From Eubacteriales bacterium (GTDB lineage Bacteria > Bacillota > Clostridia > Oscillospirales > CAG-272): a stretch of DNA of 64,000 nucleotides. The DNA lies in contig JAZNER010000071.1 in the NCBI GenBank assembly GCA_045588675.1, forward strand, positions 4,122 to 68,121. The letters run 5' to 3'. The stretch's first letter is position 1. Each line of letters opens with the position of its first letter. This document shows positions 58,304 to 64,000 of this stretch, in pieces. A program made the position numbers and the translations under genes. Under the pieces are notes generated by a model that saw nothing but the letters and a program-made list of their open reading frames with translations, was not told the origin of the DNA and did not search any database.

Positions 58304-58594
58304 TTATTTCTTTTTCCTCGGTTGTAATAACATATATCCACAATCTGGGCAAATGGAATCTCCAGCTGTAAGGGGGGCGTTGCAAATTATGCAACGCGGC
58401 GCAGTCACAGCGTTCTCACATTTTACGCAAACAAGTGCCCCTTCGGGGATAATTTCTCCACAAGAAATGCAGGTGTTTACATTCTCAGCATAATAACTCG
58501 TTTTGCTTCTGATTTCCGTGATTTTTTCTGTTTTTTTTCTGTCTTTTCTTTTCAATTCTATCTCCGCGTACAATTTGTGTTGGTTTTTCCACAT
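58304..58594 (-). CDS. Small double zinc-ribbon protein (start uncertain)
   Basis: It has four cysteine pairs in CISCGE...CVKCEN...CIICNA...CPDCG. The only ATG gives a 110-nt overlap with the tetR 3' end and has no clear RBS. Confidence 0.45.
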   Translation of the reverse strand: MWKNQHKLYAEIELKRKDRKKTEKITEIRSKTSYYAENVNTCISCGEIIPEGALVCVKCENAVTAPRCIICNAPLTAGDSICPDCGYMLLQPRKKK

Positions 58595-59189
58595 CTTTAA
58601 AATATGTCGCCATCATACAGTATAGAACATTGAAGATATGCGGTGTATTGATATCGCTATCCTCGAGCTCTCCGTTATACACGCGGATGCCGAAATCTAA
58701 TAAGGTGGTAAAAACGCTGTGTAATATAGAAACGACGTCCGCTTCTTCCTTGAAGAATGGAGCCATTTCAGCTACTATTTCCCCAAAAAGCTTTTTATGA
58801 GCTTCAAGAGAGTGTCCCTTGAAATAAATTGAATAGTAATATCTTACATAGCAGCGGCACCGTTCCTCATTTCCCAGAATAAATCTCCATGCCATCAAAA
58901 AGAATTTGTACAGTCTATCTTTTGAATCAGATGTAAATCCGCCGAGCGCTTGAACTCCGTGCCGAAAAGCATAAAACAATTCGTTATCCAAGCAAACGAA
59001 AGCTGCTTCGTATAAGTTTTCTTTGTTTCCAAATAAACGGTAAATATAAGCCTCGTTCATTTTAAAGTCAGGCAACGACCCTCTGCAATGAGTCAACTCC
59101 TTTGTTGTCGCCTTTTCAAAGCCACCTTCGGCAATAAGCCTTATGGCGTTACTGATAAGTAATTCTTTAATCTCTGCTTCGCGTTTCAT
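58485..59189 (-). CDS. TetR/AcrR-family transcriptional regulator
   Basis: The N-terminal HTH is AIRLIAEGGFEKATTKELT with an all-helical remainder. GGAGG lies 10 nt before the ATG at 59189; the ORF is open to 59255. Confidence 0.82.
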   Translation of the reverse strand: MKREAEIKELLISNAIRLIAEGGFEKATTKELTHCRGSLPDFKMNEAYIYRLFGNKENLYEAAFVCLDNELFYAFRHGVQALGGFTSDSKDRLYKFFLMAWRFILGNEERCRCYVRYYYSIYFKGHSLEAHKKLFGEIVAEMAPFFKEEADVVSILHSVFTTLLDFGIRVYNGELEDSDINTPHIFNVLYCMMATYFKDVEKPTQIVRGDRIEKKRQKKNRKNHGNQKQNELLC

Positions 59190-59340
59190 TTCGGTCATAC
59201 CTCCATTTAATTTATACACCGAATTATTAACTGATTTCGCTAGGGCTTGTAGCAAACACTACACCGCGTCCTTAAAAAAATCCCTATCCTTGTAGGCACA
59301 TATTTAAGTATGCAGTTTTTGTTTGCTGAGAGTAAAAATG

Positions 59341-59393
59341 ACATAACGAGAGTTATGTCATTTGTGACAAAACATAACGAGAGTTATGTGATA
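59341..59393. repeat. Left inverted repeat (IRL), 53 bp
   Basis: It is the exact reverse complement of 59641-59693. It contains two copies of the 18-bp palindrome ACATAAC-GAGA-GTTATGT. Confidence 0.95.
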
Positions 59394-59402
59394 AAATATA
59401 AT

Positions 59403-59432
59403 AAAAAAAAGAGGGTTTGTTGCTTATCCCTC
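59403..59432 (-). terminator. Possible minus-strand terminator inside the switch
   Basis: On the minus strand, GAGGG plus a 12-nt loop plus CCCTC is followed by T8. The stem is weak at 5 bp. Confidence 0.35.
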
Positions 59433-59578
59433 GTTCAAAAAACGAAAAAAAGAGCGCAACGATAAAACTTTCGCCAAATTTTTTCAGAAAATTTGCACGA
59501 AAGGCGTTTTTGTTGCGCATTTTTTATGTCAAATTGAATAAACTTTACAGGGTGTCTTAATTTTTTTTGCGGAAGCTC

Positions 59579-59607
59579 TTGACTTTGCTTAAATTATGTG
59601 CTATAAT
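59579..59607 (+). promoter_or_regulatory. Near-consensus sigma-A promoter inside the putative invertible segment
   Basis: TTGACT (59579-59584), a 17-bp spacer, then an extended -10 TGcTATAAT with the -10 at 59602-59607. It currently points at the 3' end of the recombinase gene. Confidence 0.65.
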
Positions 59608-59640
59608 TCGCTATGTATCTGAAAAATGTTGGATACTTAA

Positions 59641-59693
59641 TATCACATAACTCTCGTTATGTTTTGTCACAAATGACATAACTCTCGTTATGT
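59641..59693. repeat. Right inverted repeat (IRR), 53 bp
   Basis: It is the exact reverse complement of 59341-59393. Confidence 0.95.
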
Positions 59694-59729
59694 TGCTTTT
59701 GTTCTCGATGTATTTACATCGGGACTTTT

Positions 59730-60572
59730 TTAAATAATGAGCTTCATATGCTCCATCTTACGCCTGTGCTCCGCTCCCGTCGTGACAATATAAATACGGG
59801 TAGTGTTGATGCTTGCGTGTCCCAAAATATCCGCAAGCTTCGCAATATCCTTTTCAATTCCATAAAAGGTACGGGCGAACAGATGACGCAGATTGTGCGG
59901 AAACACCTTGCTCGGTGCGACCTTTGCCTGCTCACACAGCGACTTCATTTCCTTCCATATATTATTGCGGCTAATAGGCTTACCTCGTCTGGTAATAAAT
60001 ATTGCACCCGAAGCGATCTTCTGCTCCTCGACATATCGGAGCAGTTTTTTCTTTAGCCCGGCAACTATGAAAATACGGCGGTTTTTTCCCTTACAATTAA
60101 CTACTGCTTCTCCCCGTTGCAACGATTCTACTGTAATATACTGCAGCTCGCTCACTCGAATCCCTGTTCCACAAATCGTTTGAATTATTAAATTCAACCG
60201 CTCATTGTGTTTTGCATTTGCCGCATCAAGCAATCGCAGATATTCCCCTCGGGTTAGTTCTTTTTCCTCTGAACAATAGGCTTCTCTTTGCACCTTGAAT
60301 TGCTTGACACAAAGATCATGCCAGCCGCAGAAGCGCAGAAATGAATTCAGTGCCGCGATCATAGAGTTTGCACTTGCAACGGCGTATGAGGAGCCGAGCT
60401 TGTTCTTATATTCTAACACGGTTTGCTTTGAGATCTCTGCTGTTCCGGCAAACTCGGCAAAACATCTCAAGTCCCGCATATATTTTTCAATAGTTGCCAC
60501 ACTTTTTTCTTCATCTGTCAAAAACAATTGAAATTCTTTAAATTTCTTTATTCCAACAACTCTTTTTTTCAT
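59730..60572 (-). CDS. Tyrosine-type site-specific recombinase (phage integrase family)
   Basis: Catalytic signature residues lie in GIRVSEL (Arg), HNLRH (His-x-x-Arg) and GHASINTTRIY (His...Tyr). AAGGAGAG lies before the ATG at 60572. Confidence 0.88.
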   Translation of the reverse strand: MKKRVVGIKKFKEFQLFLTDEEKSVATIEKYMRDLRCFAEFAGTAEISKQTVLEYKNKLGSSYAVASANSMIAALNSFLRFCGWHDLCVKQFKVQREAYCSEEKELTRGEYLRLLDAANAKHNERLNLIIQTICGTGIRVSELQYITVESLQRGEAVVNCKGKNRRIFIVAGLKKKLLRYVEEQKIASGAIFITRRGKPISRNNIWKEMKSLCEQAKVAPSKVFPHNLRHLFARTFYGIEKDIAKLADILGHASINTTRIYIVTTGAEHRRKMEHMKLII

Positions 60573-60778
60573 AAAGTACTCTCCTTTATTGGGTATTAAT
60601 GCTATTATTTCACCAAACAACTTCGAATAATACCGAAATCCTTGATAAAGTTACATAAATATCCTATCTGAACGCCAGAAATAAAGAAACAAAAAAAACA
60701 GAACGCTTCCGAGCGGTCAAGTGCTTTCAATTCAAAAATAATGAAGATATACCTGTGAAAGTCTGAAAATTAAGGAAT

Positions 60779-60820
60779 AAAAAAGCGGAGAAATCTTTTG
60801 ATTTCTCCGCTTTTTCTTTT
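60779..60820. terminator. Bidirectional terminator upstream of the recombinase gene
   Basis: An 11-bp stem GCGGAGAAATC/GATTTCTCCGC is flanked by an A-run and a T-run. Confidence 0.75.
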
Positions 60821-60911
60821 CTAAAAAGATCCGTGTTTAAAATCACGAGGATACACTTCCCCCCCTGGCGACGATAGAAGCTGCCCTTGTTTGCTATCTA
60901 CGGGTGCAGTG

Positions 60912-61505
60912 CTACACTAACAAACTAATATTTGCAAAAAGAATAAGCAACGGCAATGCAACAAAACACATAACAATTAACAAAACAATTCTTCGTTTGC
61001 TGCCTTTTGATACTTTTGCGTTGATATCCGGATAATATTTTCTCGATTTAGAAAGAAGAAACAGCGGCGCATGCATAAGCACTATTTTCCTTTTTCTCGT
61101 ATATATGATGGCATGACACCTATACTTCCTATACTTAGGGTTAAATAATTTTCGTCTTCTCGGTATTTTAATTTCATATTCCATTTTAACGATTTCGTTC
61201 CACTTAATAATGCCGTCTTTGTAGTGTATCCCATCATCATTTAAGACACAAATAATTTTTCCAAAAATGCGGCGATTTAGAACAGATAAGAAAACAAAAG
61301 GAAATGAACAGACGAGGCATCCTTCAAAACTAATCAAAAGACCTGAAAGCCATTCTGACAGTTGAAATTCACCGAATGTGAATTGGAAAACCAACAAACT
61401 GTAAGAAACCCAAACCGCACATGAAAGCAATACCAAGATAGGAACTGTAAAATATTGCCAACGAATTTTTGTGCCTTCTATTTTACTGAGTCGATTTGTC
61501 TTCAT
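60912..61505 (-). CDS. Hypothetical membrane protein (197 aa)
   Basis: It has two N-terminal TM segments, a basic soluble region and a C-terminal TM segment. AGAGGGAAAA lies before the ATG. I recognise no family. Confidence 0.5.
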   Translation of the reverse strand: MKTNRLSKIEGTKIRWQYFTVPILVLLSCAVWVSYSLLVFQFTFGEFQLSEWLSGLLISFEGCLVCSFPFVFLSVLNRRIFGKIICVLNDDGIHYKDGIIKWNEIVKMEYEIKIPRRRKLFNPKYRKYRCHAIIYTRKRKIVLMHAPLFLLSKSRKYYPDINAKVSKGSKRRIVLLIVMCFVALPLLILFANISLLV

Positions 61506-61674
61506 TTTTCCCTCTTGTCCGTTTTTTAAGTGATACGGAAGTCAATGTTCACTTCTCTTCATTAATTATATCATAAATTAGTTAATAATGCAATACCTTA
61601 AGTGTCTGAACGATTGAAAATTTTACAAAGCAGAAAAAAGTATATTTTTCTCTGCAATTGTTGCAAATTAGCTC

Positions 61675-61703
61675 TTGACAAAACCGTCGTTTTATGAGAT
61701 AAT
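61675..61703 (+). promoter_or_regulatory. Sigma-A-type promoter for the ZTP riboswitch and pflB
   Basis: TTGACA (61675-61680), a 17-bp spacer, then TGaGATAAT with the -10 at 61698-61703. Confidence 0.55.
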
Positions 61704-61737
61704 ATAGAGGAAGAAGATATATTTTTTAACTGAATAG

Positions 61738-61866
61738 CATTTGCAGGACTGACGGATAACGCGGAGCACCGCGGGGAACTGCAAATGAGAGCAACTCATT
61801 TTTGAGAACTGCTTGTGCCGACCGTCTGGGTAAAACTGTTTTCTCAAAACAGCTTTGCCTTTTTTT
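61738..61866 (+). ncRNA. ZTP (pfl motif) riboswitch with a terminator expression platform
   Basis: P1 is CAUUUGCAG/CUGCAAAUG. The conserved core is GACUGACGG...CGCGG-agca-CCGCGGGGA. A linker precedes the 3' subdomain CCGACCGUCUGGG, where CCGUC can pair with GACGG as a pseudoknot. An overlapping 14-bp terminator plus T7 lies at 61829-61866. Confidence 0.8.
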
Positions 61867-61902
61867 GTTGTAAAAATGATACATATTAGGAGGACTTAAC
61901 CG

Positions 61903-64000
61903 TGAAACACACCAACTGGACAGGCTTCAACAGCGGCGTATGGCAGGACGAGATAAATGTCCGCGACTTTATACAAACTAACTACAATGCCTATGAGGGA
62001 AATGCTGATTTTTTAGCTGCCGCAACCCCCCGCACTCAAGCATTGATGAAAAAAATACAGGGGCTTTTCGCCCTCGAAAGACAGTTCGGCGGCGTTCTGG
62101 ATATTGATACTGCTACTGTTTCTTCCCTCGCCAGCTTCTCGCCCGGATATGTGGACAAGGAGAACGAAATAATCGTAGGTATGCAGACCAACCGCCCACT
62201 CAAGCGCAGCGTCAACCCATTCGGAGGTATTCGTATGGTTAAACAGGCCTGTGAGGCATACGGCTACAAGCTAAGCCCGAAGGTTGAGGAGGAGTTCCGC
62301 TTCCGCACCACCCATAACGACGGAGTGTTCCGTGCCTACACCGACGAGATGCGCGCCGCCAGAAAGTGTCACATCATTACAGGCCTTCCTGATGCCTACG
62401 GCCGCGGCCGTATTATTGGCGACTACCGACGCGTTGCGCTCTATGGCGTAGATCGTCTTATAGAGGAAAAGATCAAGGATAAACAGAAGCTGGCAGAAAA
62501 GTGCTTCAACACCGACGAGATCCGCTTGGACGAGGAGCTCTATCAGCAGATAGCCTTCCTCGGTTATCTCAAGGAAATGGCTCAGATGTACGGCTTTGAC
62601 ATCAGCCAGCCCGCAGCAAACGCTCGCGAGGCTATTCAGTGGACATACTTTGGATATTTGGCCGCTATCAAGGAGCAGAACGGCGCCGCTATGTCGCTGG
62701 GACGCGTCAGCACCTTCTTTGACATTTACATTGAGCGCGATATGGCTAACGGCACTCTCACCGAGGAAGGCGCCCAGGAGCTTATGGACGACTTTGTTAT
62801 GAAGCTTCGTATCGCTCGTCATCTCCGCACCCCAGAGTACAACGAGCTCTTTGGCGGCGATCCTATGTGGATAACCGAGGTTGTTGGCGGTATGGGTGAA
62901 GACGGCAGAACACTTGTCACCAAGAGCAGCTTCCGTATGCTCCACACGCTCTACACTCTGGGTTCATCTCCCGAGCCCAATCTGACGGTGCTGTGGTCAA
63001 CAAAGCTCCCCGAAAACTTCAAAAAGTACTGCGCCAAGGTGTCAGCAGATACCGACTCTATCCAGTATGAAAGCGACGACCTTATGCGCCCGATATACGG
63101 CGACGACTATGCAATAGCTTGCTGCGTTTCGGCTATGAAGGTGGGTAAGCAGATGCAATTCTTCGGCGCAAGATGCAATCTGGCAAAGCTTCTCCTCCTG
63201 GCTATCAACGGCGGATACGATACCTCAAGCACTATGCACATCGGTCCACAGATGCCTGTGATGGACGGAGATACCCTGGACTATGACGAGGTCATGGCTC
63301 GTATGGAGATATATATGGCATGGCTGAGCCGTCTCTATGTTAACACCATGAATATCATTCACTATATGCACGATAAGTATGCCTATGAAAAGATTCAAAT
63401 GGCTCTTCACGATACAGATGTAGATAGATTTATGGCCTTCGGTATAGCAGGACTTTCTGTAGTGGCCGATTCCCTCTCTGCTATCAAGTACGCCAAGGTT
63501 GCTCCCGTCAAGAATGAAAACGGATTCATTGTTGACTTCAACACCACGGGCGAATTTCCCAAGTTCGGTAACGACGACGACCGAGTGGATCTCATCGCAA
63601 AGGATATGACTCACCGTATGATCGAGGAGCTCCGCAAGACCCCCACTTACCGCAATGCTATCCATACTCTGTCAGTGCTGACTATTACTTCAAATGTTAT
63701 GTACGGCAAGAACACAGGCGCAACCCCCGACGGCCGTCGCAACGCCGAGCCCTTCGCTCCCGGCGCTAACCCTATGCATAACCGCGAGGAAAACGGTGCT
63801 CTGGCTTCGCTTAACTCAGTAGCAAAGATAAGCTATGACGACTGCCGCGACGGCATTTCCAACACCTTCTCTATCACTCCCGAAGCACTGGGAAAAACCT
63901 ACGACGAGAGAATCGAAAATCTCGTTCACATTCTGGACGGATACTTTGCAAAGGGCGCGCACCACATCAATGTAAATGTACTGAACCGTGAAACGCTTAT
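61903..64000 (+). CDS. pflB: Formate C-acetyltransferase (pyruvate formate-lyase), N-terminal about 699 codons; 3' end outside the window
   Basis: It is not in the ORF track because it has no stop in the window. It has a GTG start 8 nt after GGAGG. Hand translation gives [28 protein letters not shown]...[26 protein letters not shown], which is canonical PflB. Confidence 0.93.

Larger units (their letters stand above)
59341..59693. promoter_or_regulatory. Candidate invertible DNA switch (IRL, 247-bp promoter-bearing segment, IRR)
   Basis: Perfect 53-bp inverted repeats flank a segment with a strong outward-facing promoter. A tyrosine recombinase gene ends 36 bp away. Confidence 0.6.

Noticed and set aside
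59341-59693. Considered whether the 353-bp unit with inverted repeats is a MITE or IS remnant rather than an invertible switch.
   Set aside because: I see no target-site duplication at the flanks (…AAAATG | … | TGCTTT…). The unit holds a strong outward promoter and lies 36 bp from a tyrosine recombinase gene, so the switch model fits better. The MITE option is kept as the refutation test.
62271-63665. Minus-strand ORFs 62271-62945 and 63225-63665.
   Set aside because: They are antisense to pflB. The plus frame from GTG 61903 gives a canonical pyruvate formate-lyase sequence that the ORF track omits because it has no stop in the window.
1-64000. Looked for CRISPR arrays, tRNA or rRNA genes, IS transposases and prophage blocks.
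   Set aside because: I saw no regularly spaced short repeats, cloverleaf-like segments, rRNA-like stretches or transposase ORFs. The only recombinase is the single tyrosine recombinase at 59730-60572.

Overview
This 64-kb window looks like it comes from a spore-forming Clostridia-class Firmicute. That is inferred from gene content (spoVM, remA, a SipW-type peptidase) and from the def-fmt-rsmB-rlmN-PASTA-rsgA-thiN-spoVM synteny. No tRNA, rRNA, CRISPR array or IS transposase was seen. About 48 kb is ordinary, mostly minus-strand housekeeping: efp, proA, ygiQ, the def-to-priA block, rpoZ, remA, cysS, serA/serC, fba, mgsA and a teichoic-acid-type envelope pair. It also holds a DUF1538 protein with two P-II-like genes, and an L-fucose locus (fucU, AraC regulator, sugar ABC transporter, fucI). 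At the right edge a ZTP (pfl-motif) riboswitch precedes a partial pflB. The stand-out region is 48.9-60.6 kb. It is a nine-gene minus-strand operon encoding a TetR regulator, a small zinc-ribbon protein, and a membrane-anchored protein with three tandem TasA-like modules. It also encodes a small TasA-like protein, a SipW-type signal peptidase, and four proteins with the SipW-cognate signal peptide motif (TTFAWF). Three of those four fuse a TasA/camelysin-like N-domain to large beta-helix heads. Directly upstream, perfect 53-bp inverted repeats flank a 247-bp segment carrying a near-consensus promoter, and a tyrosine recombinase gene sits alongside. I interpret this as a candidate phase-variable (invertible-promoter) switch for a TasA-like fibre/adhesin system, caught here in the orientation pointing away from the operon. 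Other points: an unlisted spoVM micro-ORF, and an unclassified promoter-to-terminator structured RNA before a 56-aa Cys-rich micro-ORF. There is also a structured 117-bp tandem repeat upstream of priA, a kinase-less PASTA protein, a YidC-TagF fusion and a solo MazF. All functional calls rest on motif recognition by eye; no searches were run.
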